NCBI RefSeq assembly: GCF_009914755.1
Contig: NC_060925.1
Length of the DNA: 64,000 nucleotides
Reading direction: 5' to 3' (one strand)
DNA from: the human T2T-CHM13v2.0 reference genome, Homo sapiens
Position 1 is the stretch's first letter, and each line of letters starts with the position of its first letter. The notes beneath the pieces are model-generated. The model saw nothing but the letters and a program-made list of their open reading frames with translations, was not told the DNA's origin and did no database searches. Shown here piece after piece: positions 19,217 to 37,289 of this stretch. Position numbers and translations under genes: made by a program.

Positions 19217-20108
19217 TAGAAGTGACCCTGTTATATATTCAGTATATGTCACTAATTAAGAACAATATATTAATTCAATATGGGCTTTTTAAAAAGGTTT
19301 TACTCATTTCAAGGCTTTTTGCTTACAAATTTTGTTTTTTTGTTGTTGGCTTTGTTGGCAGTCTTTGTTTTGGGCCCCAGTACTCCTCCCACTCCTCCCC
19401 AGCATTGTGTGTGAGAGGTGTGTAAAGAGGTGGGTTTCTGGGTAAAAGAAGGCTCTCCTCTTAAAAGTCTGTTAATCTTTAAACATTTCATTTCTGTTTT
19501 ATGTGTTTTGAAACTGATTATAAATGGTGCATGCCACAAGAGTCAAAGTTTTTAACATTCATTTTAAAAGGAAAATGAGGATGGAGACATAATTTAATTT
19601 ATATTTTAAGTCAGTATCTTTCATTTCCCTGTCCCTCCCTCAACAGTTATATCATAGTTTGTTTCAGCATTTCAGATTTCAAAGATATTCTTTGAAGTAT
19701 TTTTTTAATCAGATAACCAGTTTTAGACATATTAATTTTGAATGTCTGGTTTGGGATTTATGATAGCCTTAATTTCTTAATTTTTAAAACTAATGTGACA
19801 TTTTAAGACCAAAAAAACTGTGTGTTGCAATTATCTTTCACTTTTAAGCCCTCATAGAACAGTCAAAAAACAAAAGCTGTGTTTTGTGGAAGATCTGCCC
19901 AGGGGAAGATGGTGAGCCTCTACCAACAAGGGGATTTAGCTAAAAAGAAGGATTTTGTACTGACAAATATTTTTAAAGATTGAGGTCTAACACTTTTGAG
20001 AGGTTATGAATATATGGTTGGTCATAGTAGATAGTTCAGTCAGAATCAGTGATTATTGCTTGATTATGTAACATATTAGCTAAGTGATGAGAATAACAGT
20101 AGGTATAA

Positions 20109-20628
<520 letters not shown>

Positions 20629-21664
20629 GCTTTACCCTTTTGACAGACCTATGGCTCTGGAAATAATAGGCCAGTGTTTGATGGTTCAAGCTCCTAGATA
20701 CACAGTCCATGTTACGGAACACTCAAAATCCACTAGCATCTCTTCTACCTAGATGGTTTCGTGTCCTTGGCTACAGAAACAGCCCCAAAGCGTTTAACAT
20801 TTTAAGGATTATTTACTTTCAACATTTTTAAAGTTAAAAAAAAGTTAAGATCCATAAAATTTTTTGGAAAAGTGTTACATTTTCTCTGTTCACCTCTAAA
20901 GACCAGTGCTAAAGGATCCTGACATCAAAAATCTTTACAACATTCGAATTACTTGTTATATTTGTCTGTTAAAATTTTGTTAGAAATTGTATGGCCCCAA
21001 AGGAGAAATTGCTTTGGAGAAAAAAGTTAGGTAGCAGAGGAACAGTTTGGAAGGGTTGGGGGTTGGCCAGATAAAGAAAGGGAAGAAACATTCAAAATTG
21101 AAAGGATGCCGTGTATAAAATATGAATATTGGAAAGCATAGAATATTTCAGAAACAGTGAAGCGAACAGATTGATTGGAATGGAATACAGCTTGGCAAAG
21201 TGAATCATTAGTGATAAGATCTAGCATAGTATAAAACTTCTTATAGACATTCATAATGTTTTTCATTCTTTCTAACACCAAACCTGTTCTTCATACCTAG
21301 AAAGATTTGGCTTGCAGTAGGCCCTATGTGATTATTGAAAGAAAAGCATAATACATTTGAGTCCCGTAAAAAGTTTTGAGATACTAGTTTAAGGAGTTTA
21401 AATCTTATCCTTTAGCACAAGGACTGGGAAAATATGGCTAGAGGACTAGATCTTTTTTGCAATTTTTTTTTTTTTTTTTGTAGTTGCTTCTGGCAACTTT
21501 CTCTTTGTGTGTGTGTTTATATTCCTTTTCACAAGTATGTTGAATTGAACTTTTTCCTAATTATCACTTAGCTACTTAGTTAATGCATGCAGTAGAACTC
21601 TAAAAAGAACTTCTAGGAGTTTCTCAAAGACCTCCCAGTAATTCTTTTCAATTAGAGAGGGCAT

Positions 21665-23375
<1,711 letters not shown>

Positions 23376-23400
23376 GATCACATACTATTTTTATAAATAA

Positions 23401-23771
<371 letters not shown>

Positions 23772-24404
23772 TCTAAATTGATTTTTACTTACAATGAGCA
23801 CATTTTTGTTAAATTTCTCGCTATTGGCAGGAGAAGAATAACTGAAGAAAGGGGAGCAATTCTGATCCTTCTAAAGGTTCTTCTTGCAACATGTCAGAAA
23901 GTATATTTAGCATAATGTTTCTTCTTAAAGGGAAGACCTTCCCTACCTTCCTTATTACCCACATTCCCATTCTCTGTTGTTATTACTGAGCGATAGCATT
24001 GGATAATAGAAGCATTAGTTTCTAAGTCAAACAGGAACTCAGTTGCCTCATATGTAAAGTGATAATATTATCTAATTCACAGTGTTGGGATTAAACAGGA
24101 GTACATATAGGCTGTAAAAATGGTAGCTGCTGTTTATTTTTCCAGTTGCCTGGAATTGCCTTTTCATTTGATGCATTCCAGCGGTTCTCTTGCTGCCCAC
24201 TGCAAAAAATTGATACCACATGATTTGAGAACAAGCCTTGGAAAGGATAGAATAACTTGTTATACATTTTCATAGGTTGGGATTTTTTTTCTTTATAGAA
24301 TCTTTCTAGATCTACTTCGTGGCAATTAAAAATTACTTATTAATTTTCCCAATCTCCTATCCTAGATAATATATCCATCTGAAAGAGAATTATAAGTCAG
24401 TTAT

Positions 24405-24640
24405 TTTGGGGAAGCAGCATAGCATAGTGAGTAAAAACATAGGCTTTCAAGTCTGATCTCTTAGGTTCAGCTTCAGCTTTGCCATTTACTTACTGACTGT
24501 AATCTTAGACAAGATGTTTAACCTCTGCATATCAGTTTTCTGATAGGGCTGTTATGAGGGATTAAATGAGATAATATATGTAAAGTGCCCAATGTAGTGC
24601 CCTGTGACATATTAAGTACCATATAAATATTTGGTTATTA
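24405..24640 (+). mobile_element. MIR
   Basis: ggctgttatgagggattaaatgagataatatatgtaaagtgc. Confidence 0.7.
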
Positions 24641-24783
24641 ATGGTCATATGCATGTCATACAAATCTGAATATGTAAAATAAATCAGATTGTAGTATGAA
24701 TGGATGTTCAAAAAGGTAAATGTAGAAATTTTATTAAGACTGAAATATAGCATGTGATTTTTATTTTGGTTTTTATTCTTTAG

Positions 24784-24846
24784 GTATTACATGAAACCTT
24801 TCCTAAACATACATTTCTGATGAACGGCTTAATTCAAGGAGTAAAG
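24784..24846 (+). CDS. MFSD14A: MFSD14A exon 3 (VLHETFPKHTFLMNGLIQGVK)
   Basis: ttctttag/ acceptor, AAG/gtagga donor, 63 nt, phase 0-0. Confidence 0.95.
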
Positions 24847-24857
24847 GTAGGATCAGT

Positions 24858-24935
24858 CATACATATATATGTGTATATATACATACATACACATACACGC
24901 ACACGGATGAACATACATAAATACATATATATAAC
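24858..24935. repeat. (TA)n/(CA)n microsatellite just after the exon 3 donor
   Basis: catacatatatatgtgtatatatacatacatacacatacacgcacac. Confidence 0.85.
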
Positions 24936-25244
24936 TATGCGAATATATGTTTGTTTACTGATTAATAACTTAATTTTTATAATTAGATGGAGTATATTTT
25001 GAGAGATAACTTAATACTTTCTAGACTTGAGTTTTAAATATGATCTAACTACAATATAGCCAATCATGCATAATAATAAACCACATCATAACAGATTCCC
25101 TGTTTTTATGTTGGCATTTTAATTCCAGAGATCTCAATGATTTTGTAAGACTACAGATTGAAGAGGAAAAAACTATACTAAAAAACCCCCATCAATATAA
25201 AACTGTATCAGTAGGGTAAAGAGTTGGTTATTATATGAATTCTT

Positions 25245-25571
25245 TGCTCTTTCTTTTTCGTGTTTTTTTTTTTTTTTTTTTTTTTTTTTGAGACAGAGTC
25301 TTGCACTGTCACCCAGGCTGGAGTGCAAGTGGCATGATCTCAGCTCACTGCTGAGAACCTCTGCCTCCCAGGTTCAAGCGATTCTTCTGCCTCAGCCTCC
25401 TAAGTAGCTGGGACCACAGACATGTGCCACCACACCCGGCTAATTTTTTGTATTTTTAGTAGAGACAGGGTTTTGCCATGTTGGCCAGGCTGGTCTCGAA
25501 CTCCTGACCTAAGTGATCTGCCCTCGACCTCCCAAAGTGTTGAGATTATTGGTGCAAGTACTGTGCCCAGC
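25245..25571 (-). mobile_element. Alu
   Basis: Alu consensus with long T tract. Confidence 0.92.
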
Positions 25572-25995
25572 TCAAATTCTTTACTCTTGATTCAGTTTGA
25601 CAAACAAGTTTTCGAAATAGGTAATTAGCCTGTTTTATATATATATAAATATATGTTTTATGTTTTATATATATATATACACACACACATACATATACAC
25701 ACACATACACAAACAGGTAATTAGCATATGGAATTGCTATTGTGGATTTATTGTGATTGAGAATTTATTAGAGCAGTTCATATTTAATACCTACCTGGAG
25801 CCCCACAGATGATTCTAAACTATCTTGGGAAATTTTAAATTTATATATAGATAAGCAATTGTTTATTTAAAAGTTTGTGATATATTTACTTTAGAAACAA
25901 AGTTGTTGAAAATTTTTCTATAGGAGTAAAATGATTTATTTTTGGTTCATGCTCATAGATGTGTGGTATTCATTTTTTTCATTTAATTTTTTTAG

Positions 25996-26123
25996 GGTTT
26001 GTTGTCATTCCTTAGTGCCCCGCTTATTGGTGCTCTTTCTGATGTTTGGGGCCGAAAATCCTTCTTGCTGCTAACGGTGTTTTTCACATGTGCCCCAATT
26101 CCTTTAATGAAGATCAGCCCATG
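25996..26123 (+). CDS. MFSD14A: MFSD14A exon 4 (GLLSFLSAPLIGALSDVWGRKS...MKISP), contains MFS motif A
   Basis: tttttag/ acceptor, TG/gtatgt donor, 128 nt, phase 0-2. Confidence 0.96.
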
Positions 26124-26471
26124 GTATGTGCACATTTAGATTATAGCAACTAAATATCACTTTCAGCTATTGTTTTCTTAATGTTCCTTTATTTCTTTCA
26201 CTTGTGCCATCTTGGTTATGAGGTTTTAATTTTATTTTTCTAATACATTTATTCTTTCACACAGATAAGAAGGCCTCTAAAAATACAGTAGGTAATAGTT
26301 CATAAAGATTTTAGAAATAGTTGACACTGTTGGAGGCATCTAGACTTCTGGCTAACTTAATTTTGGATTCCAGAACCCAAATTTCAAAACAATATTTTGG
26401 GGACTGGATAGGATTGCTAACTTTTTTTCTTGTATAGAATGTTAAAAACAGACACAAAATTTGTCATTATC

Positions 26472-26830
26472 TATATTAGTTAGGAATAGGTTTTGCTATA
26501 TATCAAAACCCAAAATAAGAGTTGCTTAAAAATCAAATTTCTCTTTTCATGTGAAAAAGGGTCTGCAAGTTGAGCAGTCTGGAGCTGGTATGGCAGTTCC
26601 AGTGGAGCAGACTTTTTCTATCTTGCTGTTCTTCCATCCTCATCTCTCACCTCACTGAACAAAGTGGCTTCTTGAGCTCTAGCCATCAAGTCATACTACT
26701 GATAGCAAGGTGGAAGGAGTTGCTAAGAAGAGCACATCACCTTCTTTTAAGGAAACTTTACAGAATTCCCATCCCACCTCTGCTTGCATTTCTTTGGTCA
26801 GATTTCAGGGATATGCTGCTCCTAGTTACA
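26472..26830 (-). mobile_element. MLT1-type LTR fragment
   Basis: tattagttaggaataggttttgctatata...aaaacccaaaataa terminus. Confidence 0.5.
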
Positions 26831-27952
26831 AGAGTCTGGACTCAAGGCCACCTTGATTAAAATCAGTATTTTTTTTTTTTCCACTCAGGAGGCAAGGGAA
26901 GGAAAGCTAACAAAAAGGGAATAATTGTCCTAAAGTCAGAGCCCAATTTGGTTGTAGATTTATAGATTTATTCTGACTAATGTTCTTTTTACTCCACTGA
27001 GTATTAATGTTAGTTCTACATCACGGATGGGCTTTATTTCCATGGTGTTATCTACAAAGGCCCAAAGGTTTATATGGGGCAGGATCTTCTTCTTGTAGAT
27101 GAGATACAATTCTAATAGACCAAGCCTTTGATGAAGGCCACTCATGCACATGAAATCTTACCAAAAATTGAACATGGAATGAACAAAGAATTTGCTGTGT
27201 TAAGCAGTGTGTTAGAAAAATTTTAGTAGTGATAGTCTTGGTGGAATGATATTTTGAAAGCTCATTATGATTATATGTGATTTTCAGAAACTAAACATCA
27301 GTATTACAATAGAAACTTCTTATTCCCAGCTATTTTGGAATTATTTATAGCAAAATATAGTTTACTCTTTAAATATTTTGTTCACTGTTTATAGTAACTG
27401 TCTATTCTCAGTTTTATGAACACTGAATCCTGCCATATAGGTTTTTTGTGTGTAAAACTGAGTTATTTGTTTTGCCAGCATTTGAAAAGCTAAAGATAAC
27501 TTATGGAAAACATTTAGTTACTATATAGAGGCTCAAAATAAATATGAAGAAACTTGTTCCTCAGTCTTGTTTACTGGATTTTGTTTTTTATCTAGTGTTG
27601 TGGTGAAAAACAGTAATGGATGGATTATAATAGACTTTAGTTTGTTGCTGTTTTTGGCAGAAAAAGCAAAATCACTTAACAGTTCAACAGTTGGTCAAAA
27701 GATTTGCCTGAATACATGATCTAATTTTAAGTATTCCTGTATAGTAGCTGAGCTGCTATTGAAGGGCTCCTTCTAGCCCTATGTTTTCATAATATCTGTG
27801 GCTTATATTTATGGAATAGTTAATCCATGAACTATCCTAGTAAGCTGTTGACTGAAATGAGCTGCTCTTACGCTTAATTAACTTATAAAAATGAAAGAAG
27901 ATTAAAACAATGGTAATTGCTCTAACCATTTCTTGTTATCTTTCATTCCTAG

Positions 27953-28067
27953 GTGGTACTTTGCTGTTATCTCTGTTTCTGGGGTTTTTGCAGTGACTTT
28001 TTCTGTGGTATTTGCATACGTAGCAGATATAACCCAAGAGCATGAAAGAAGTATGGCTTATGGACTG
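27953..28067 (+). CDS. MFSD14A: MFSD14A exon 5 (WYFAVISVSG...ERSMAYGL)
   Basis: ttcctag/ acceptor, CTG/gtatgt donor, 115 nt, phase 2-0; overlaps ORF 27933..28127. Confidence 0.96.
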
Positions 28068-28435
28068 GTATGTATGTTTATTCTATACCTTTTGTATCTG
28101 CTGAGAAATGCCTTGTTTTTAAGATAAATATTATTATAAGGAGTGCAAACCTTTGCATTACAAGATTTTTGCGTAAAATATATTTTGTAATAAAATCATT
28201 CATTAGACTACATTTAAAATTTTTTTGCGGTATGAGGCTATGTAAGTTTTGATTCTTTTCATTTAGTAGATATTCATAAGTCACATGTCAGAATTGAAAT
28301 TATAGTATATTTTACCTTGTAGAGTTCTTTTTAACAGAATCCTAAAAATAAGAATTATTTAGTATGTCAAGAGTTAAAAAAAATCACTACTCATTTAATG
28401 TCTAATCTAAAATACAACAGGCTAACATCTAGCTC

Positions 28436-28586
28436 AGGGATCAGCAAACCTTTTTTGTGGCTTTGTGGGCCACGTACAGTCTCTGTCTCATTCTTTTGTT
28501 TTTGCATGTGTATTTATGTTTATAAACTCTTTAAAAATGTAAGAAACAGCCAGATTTGAGCCATAGTGGTAGGTCGCCAACTCCTG
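28436..28586. mobile_element. MER58-like hAT-Charlie MITE
   Basis: Termini cagggatcagcaaac ... gtcgccaactcctg; internal ggctttgtgggcca. Confidence 0.65.
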
Positions 28587-28912
28587 GACACTGTTTTGGT
28601 AAACTAAATTATGGCAGTATAATGTGTCATCTATCAAATCTAGGAATTAAAGGAAAAAAGCCTAGTAATAGAATGACTACTATAGGCACAATAATAGATC
28701 ACTACTGAATAGCCAGAAATAGGACAGTGATGCATTTCGGTAAATGTGAGACAAATACCTTGTGATAAATAAGGACTGAATATTGTGTTGGGCTGAATTA
28801 GTTTTAAAAGGGACTGATTTCTGATTCAAAGGACGTTATAGTGAAGAATCATAAGATTTTTGGGGAGGAAACACCTATAGAGAGAAAGTTAGAAAAAGAA
28901 CTAATAATTTCT

Positions 28913-29381
28913 GGCCTGTTCAGTGGCTCACACCTGTAATCTCAGCACTTTGGGAGGTTGAGGCAGGCGGATCACTTGAGATCAGGAGTTCACGACCAGC
29001 CTGGCCAACATGGTGAAACCTTGTCTCTATTTAAAAAAAAAAAAAAAAAAAAAGTGAAAAGAAAAAGAACTAATGATTTCAGTTGTAAACTTGGAACATT
29101 AAATGATACAAGGCTGATGATAGCCAGGATATTTAAAAAATAGTCTAATTAAGCTATAGTTTACATACCATAAAATTTATCCTTTTTATGAGTATAGTTC
29201 AGTGAATTTTAGTAAATTTATACTGTTATGCAAACACCACCATAACCCAATTTGGGGTTGGTCGGTTGGTTGGTTGGTTCGTTGGTTTGGTTTTTTTGAC
29301 GTAATTTATTTTCCCATAGCCAAAGTTTTGAAATTAACAATTTTCAATCTGGAGGTTCTGTGTATTAAGCCATGTTCTGGC

Positions 29382-29412
<31 letters not shown>

Positions 29413-29919
29413 CAAAACAAAAAACACTGAAATCTTCTAGAAATAATATGGATGCAGAAAAAAGGTGGGGAAGTGGCCAGGCACAGTGGCATGTGCCTGT
29501 AATACCACCAGTTTGGGAGGCCAAGGCAGGGGGATTGCTTGAGGCCAGGAGTTTGAGGCTGCAGCTATGATCATGCCACTACACTCCAGTCTAGGGTACA
29601 GAGTGAGACCCTGTCTCTTAAAAAAAAAAGTTGGAGGGGCCAGGTGCAGTGGCTTATAATCCCAGCACTTTGGGAGGCTGAGGCAGGAGGATTGTTTGAG
29701 CCCAGGAGTTTGAGACTAGCCTGGGCAACATAGTGAGACCCCATCTATACAGGAACTTTAAAAATTAGCCAGGTGTGGTGGTGTGTGCCTGTAGTCCCAG
29801 CTACCTGGGAGGCTTAGGTGAGAGGATCACTTGGGCCTGAGAGGTTGAGGCTGCAGTGAGCCGTGATCGCACCACTGCGCTCCAACATGAGCCACAGAGC
29901 GAGACCTGTCTCCAAAAAA
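28913..29919 (+). mobile_element. Cluster of sense Alus (28913-29068, 29475-29629, 29637-29919) with (GGTT)n and (AAAAC)n microsatellites between them
   Basis: Alu consensus; simple repeats at 29255-29290 and 29382-29424. Confidence 0.88.
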
Positions 29920-30204
29920 GGGGGTTGGGGGGTGCGGGGTGACCCCTGTGATCTTTTTTCTGAGCAGAAAGAAATGGCTACCAAGTGGAGAGAACTGAGG
30001 AGAAGGGAAATGACATGAAACAACTGTACTGACTTGCTCACTGTGTCACAAATGTGATCTCTGTAAATGCCCTCAAATGTCTTCAGTGACCCTCATAGTG
30101 AGAACCATTTTCCCTTTCCCCACACTTGTGCCAGAGCCCTGCTGAGATCTGGGTCCCTCTGAAACCACACCTAGGGCTGCAATAACAAAATAACCACTAC
30201 ATTT

Positions 30205-31291
<1,087 letters not shown>

Positions 31292-31552
31292 AGTAGTTTT
31301 TTTTGATTGCTGTGTAGTGTATTCTTATCCATCAGTTGATGGACATTTGATTGATAGCTAGATGTTTGAAATTACTAGAATTTTATGTACTTGTTCAAAT
31401 AATTGACCTTTGAAAATTGAATTGCTTGCCTTAAGCAATAGAGTTGCAAGTAAGCATTCTTGTGAAGTTTAAGTTCTCCATCCAAAAGTCAAAAATGGCA
31501 TAGAAACAGAATAAAATTCCAACATTAATCTCTATGCTTTGAAAGAATATGG

Positions 31553-31986
31553 TCCTTTTCCTTTCCTTCCCTTCCCCTTTCCTTTCCTTTGCCCTTCTCT
31601 TCCCCCTCCCCTCCCCTCCCCTTTCCACTTTTCACTTTCACTTTCCCCTTTCCTTTTCGCTTTCACCTTTCTCCTTTCCTTTCCTTTTCTCTTTTCCCTT
31701 CCCTTCCCTTCCCTTCCCCTTTTCCCTTTCCTTTCCCCTCCCCTTTTCCCTTTCCCTTCTTTTTTCTTTTTCTTTCCTTTTCCTTTCCCTTCCCCTTTCC
31801 CCTTTTCCTTAAGCCTTTTCCCTAAGCCTTTTCCCTTTTTTAACCCTTTCCTTCCCCTTTTCTCTTCCCCTTTCCCCTTTTCCTTTCTCCTCCTCTCCTT
31901 TCCTTTCCTCTTCTCTTCTCTCCTCTCCTCTTCTTTCCCCTTTCTCCATTCCTTTTCCCTTTGCTTTCCTTTCCTCTTTCCTTTCC
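31553..31986. repeat. About 430-bp polypyrimidine (TTTCCC-type) low-complexity tract, the expanded tail of an antisense Alu fragment (31986-32090)
   Basis: Nearly pure C/T on + strand, abutting the Alu 3' end agacagggtgttgcccag. Confidence 0.9.
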
Positions 31987-32543
31987 AGACAGGGTGTTGC
32001 CCAGACTGGACTCACTCTTGGGATCAAGTGATCTCCCACCTCAGCCTCCTGAGTAGCTGGGACTATAGGCAGGTGCCACCTCACCTGACTAAGAGTGCTA
32101 TTTTTATGAAGTGTTTCCTGCTGTCACATCTGCTAATTTGTAGGCTGTTGTCCAGTAGGCTAGAAATGTCTGCGGTTAACAGGTTTGCTCTACTCGTGTC
32201 CTTTTCAACTTTAATCTTCATCTTCACCAGGCTTAAAAAAATAGACTTCCTCAGAGTTTTAGAGATGTTCTTAATTTATCTGTGATTTCATTCTTCCTAA
32301 CCCTGCCAACTAAAAAGATTACCAAGCTCAGTTTTGTTCCAGGGCTTAACATATTATTCATGAGAACAGGAACCTCCAAGTCTTTAAGCTTTATTTCAGC
32401 TAGCCCTTCAGTATGTATCAAGATAAACGTTCATTTAATTTTAATATTGGAAAAGTCACAGTGAAATTGGATTTCCTTAGAGCAGTGGATTTTAGACTCC
32501 TTTCACAGAGAGCACTTAAGGGTTTATGGAGATGCCCTTAACC

Positions 32544-32726
32544 AAGCTTGTCCAACCCATGGTCCACAGGCTGCACACATGGCCCAACAGAAATTCATAA
32601 AGTTTCTTAAAACATTATGCAGTTTTTTTTTCTTTAAGCTCATCAGCTATTGTTAGTGTATTTTATGTGTGGCCCAAGACCGTTCTTCCAGCGTGGCCCA
32701 GGGAAGCCAAAAGATTAGACACCCCT
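32544..32726. mobile_element. MER30-like hAT MITE
   Basis: caagcttgtccaaccc...gtggcccagggaagccaaaagattagacacccct. Confidence 0.75.
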
Positions 32727-32825
32727 CCCCTAAGGACCAGCATGACTGGCAGTCAAGGAGGGGTGTTTGTACAGTGCCCAGGCTCTCAACCCTTCCTCAA
32801 CTAAAAGAGTTAAAAAATTTAAATA

Positions 32826-33925
<1,100 letters not shown>

Positions 33926-34096
33926 TTCCCCCACTCTCGCCCCCACAAGAAAAAAAGATAAATGGCACAGGTAGGAAGAGAAAAGGGAGGGTGTGCAACA
34001 GAAGGCCTGACATAAATCAAGATTATGAAAGGAGTTATGTGGTGTTGAGGAAAAAAGTAGCCTGACTAATCTCTGTCTATCCTTAATTTATTGCAG

Positions 34097-34315
34097 GTTT
34101 CAGCAACATTTGCTGCAAGTTTAGTCACCAGTCCTGCAATTGGAGCTTATCTTGGACGAGTATATGGGGACAGCTTGGTGGTGGTCTTAGCTACAGCAAT
34201 AGCTTTGCTAGATATTTGTTTTATCCTTGTTGCTGTGCCAGAGTCGTTGCCTGAGAAAATGCGGCCAGCATCCTGGGGAGCACCCATTTCCTGGGAACAA
34301 GCTGACCCTTTTGCG
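34097..34315 (+). CDS. MFSD14A: MFSD14A exon 6 (VSATFAASLVTSPAIG...EQADPFA)
   Basis: ttgcag/ acceptor, GCG/gtaagt donor, 219 nt, phase 0-0; overlaps ORF 34091..34375. Confidence 0.96.
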
Positions 34316-34592
34316 GTAAGTTTATACTTTTTCCTTCTCCTTGATAAAAAAGTGCATGATTCAGTGCAGCATTAATATTTTGTTGTGGATATTTCTTTAG
34401 GGAAAACATCTTGGGTTTTTCTTTTAACATTTTGAAATACTTTTCAGAATAGTTTGGGGAATATGAAATAAATAAAAAGGACAACTAGTTGTCCATGAGT
34501 ACACTGCCAAAAGGAATCTCTGCGTATTCTTAAGAATAGTTCAGTGGTTTTGATAGAAAACCTTATATCAATCAGTCTTTTTCTTGTTCTAG

Positions 34593-34706
34593 TCCTTAAA
34601 AAAAGTCGGCCAAGATTCCATAGTGCTGCTGATCTGCATTACAGTGTTTCTCTCCTACCTACCGGAGGCAGGCCAATATTCCAGCTTTTTTTTATACCTC
34701 AGACAG
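34593..34706 (+). CDS. MFSD14A: MFSD14A exon 7 (SLKKVGQDSIVLL...FFLYLRQ)
   Basis: ttgttctag/ acceptor, CAG/gtaaaa donor, 114 nt, phase 0-0. Confidence 0.96.
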
Positions 34707-34804
34707 GTAAAATCCTCTTCCACTAAGGTGGACTTTTCTTTCATTGTCTAGTGCTTTAATAAAAATATTTAATCTTGAGAGAACTGTAATAGAAGTGGCC
34801 TTTA

Positions 34805-35164
<360 letters not shown>

Positions 35165-35733
35165 CTATTCTGTGTGGCTGATGTTCCTTATGCATTTCTA
35201 ATGGGGGTTATTTGGTATATTAAGATATTTGGCTTAGGGAGAAAGATAGTTTTCCCTGTCCATATAGGTGGTTTGAGTTTGTTGGCTATAGAATTGATGG
35301 GATGATTTAACCCCTTCACCTGCTCCAGCTTCTTTGTGATTTAGAGCATATGTAAGTAGAGCAGCTAGCCAAAATGAGAGCAAAAACAAGTATTTTCCTC
35401 CTTGACACTAGTCTCACTAGACGGAGATCAAGCCTTTAACCAATACATGTAAAATGCACAAAATACTGCAATATTTATTTGTAAAATGATTCTGAGTTCT
35501 TGATAAGTATCTCCAATTTAGTATATCCACATTGAGGGACCCACCATGGATAAGTAGGCATTTTTAGTATGTTAAGATATGTTGTATTTCCTCTGAGGAA
35601 TTCTTTGTTTATAAATGAATTACATTTATTTTTTTCTGGCCCATTAAATGTTAATATACAAGTAGCTGCAGTGGTTTTCTATCTGGTATACATTTGTATT
35701 CATTAATGTTACCTTTTCTGGAAACCCTTCTAG

Positions 35734-35805
35734 ATAATGAAATTTTCACCAGAAAGTGTTGCAGCGTTTATAGCAGTCCTTGGCATTCTTTCCATTATTG
35801 CACAG
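35734..35805 (+). CDS. MFSD14A: MFSD14A exon 8 (IMKFSPESVAAFIAVLGILSIIAQ)
   Basis: cccttctag/ acceptor, CAG/gtgagt donor, 72 nt, phase 0-0. Confidence 0.96.
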
Positions 35806-36084
35806 GTGAGTTTCTTTTTTTAGTTAGAGTGATGTCAGTGACCCTGGCTGGCCATCCAAACTGGGGCCTCATCTAGTGATGGTATCTTGGTGGAATCAAC
35901 AAAGTCAGGAGTCTGAGGTTGATAGGTTCAGAAATTCAATTTGTTTGTGTAGCTAGTGTTGATCAGATTTTTGGGACTGACACATTTAATATAGGATATA
36001 TAAACGTAAAAGCTAGTTTATTGATGTATACTAGGATATATGTCTGGATGAAGTTAGAAGTTTCATGTCTTGTAGTCCTTGTCC

Positions 36085-36630
36085 TATTTATTCACTCATT
36101 CAACAAATATTTATTGAATACCTACCGTGTGTCAGGCACTGGGGATACAGCAGTGAACTTAACTAAATTCTTGCTTTTGTAGAGTTTACATTCTGGTGGG
36201 ATAAGACAGAAAATAAAAACACCAATGTAAACATATCAGATGTATTGAGAACTACAGAGAAAAAGCTAAGGGTCATATGGAGAGTGACTTGGGAGAATGG
36301 TCTTAAGGGCACAGGGGGCATGGTTGAGAAGACCTTGCTAATGCAAGGTGACATTTCAGCAGAGACGCAAAGGTATGAGGAACAAGCTGTAGGATTATCT
36401 GGAAGAAGAGAATTTTAAACAGTACAAACAAAATTCTCAGGAGAGACTGTAGCTGGCTTGTGTAAGAAACAACAGGGGGCCAGTGCGGCTCCAGTTGAGT
36501 GAACAGTTGAGAGCATCTTAGAAACTGAAGTCCAAGAGGTAGTGAGGGACCAGATCGTGCGGGGCTTACAGGTCCTCATAAGACTTGAGTAAGATAGGAA
36601 GTCATTGGTGGGTTTTGAGCAGCAGAATGA
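36085..36630 (-). mobile_element. L2
   Basis: attcactcattcaacaaatatttattgaatacctaccgtgtgtcaggcactgggg. Confidence 0.8.
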
Positions 36631-37289
36631 CATGAAAGTGTGTATCTTGGCAGCCCAGTTGGTAAACAGTTGTTGTGTGATGAATAAGATATTAATCAAC
36701 ACAGGAATTTGGATTTTCTGAGGAGATATTTCATCCTGGCTTCCAAACTGTTTCTGTTTAACAATAAGAATACTATCTTTTTTCCAGTGACCACCATAAT
36801 TCTCTCACATCACAGAACATTGTCCTCCTTCCTGTGAAAAAGCCCCACCCCCTTTCTTGCTATTTGGCTTTCTGTTTCTAAGACACTATGAAGACAATCT
36901 AGTCTAAGTTAATACTTTTTCTCACCTTAGATGTAATCTACTAGATTACAACTTAGTTTTATTCTAGGGTATTTTTAATTGACTCTTGGATGGTTCACCA
37001 TTTCTCGAGTAGGATTCCTTCTGCAGGTCTCATGATTCATTCTGTTTTGGTGAGTTTAGCAACAAATTTCAAATTTAAATCCTATATGCCTCCCCAAGCC
37101 TCTGCACATACATATACTTGGTGTTGAGTATTAGTACTATTTCTAGCTTCAGGTTTGTCCTAAAAATCATCAGTCTGGAAAAACAATGCATTTAAATATT
37201 CATTCCTAGCCATGAGAAAAGTGCTTTTTAACTTTGGAGGAAAATATACTGTAGCCTTTATATAAAAATGGCTTTAAAAAAAGTTTTTG

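Noticed and set aside
29920-29946. G-rich run with G-quadruplex potential at an Alu tail
   Set aside because: Isolated, intronic and repeat-adjacent, with no evidence of function
31539-32285. 248-aa F/P/S/L-rich ORF and its overlapping ORFs
   Set aside because: Translation of the polypyrimidine tract plus an Alu fragment
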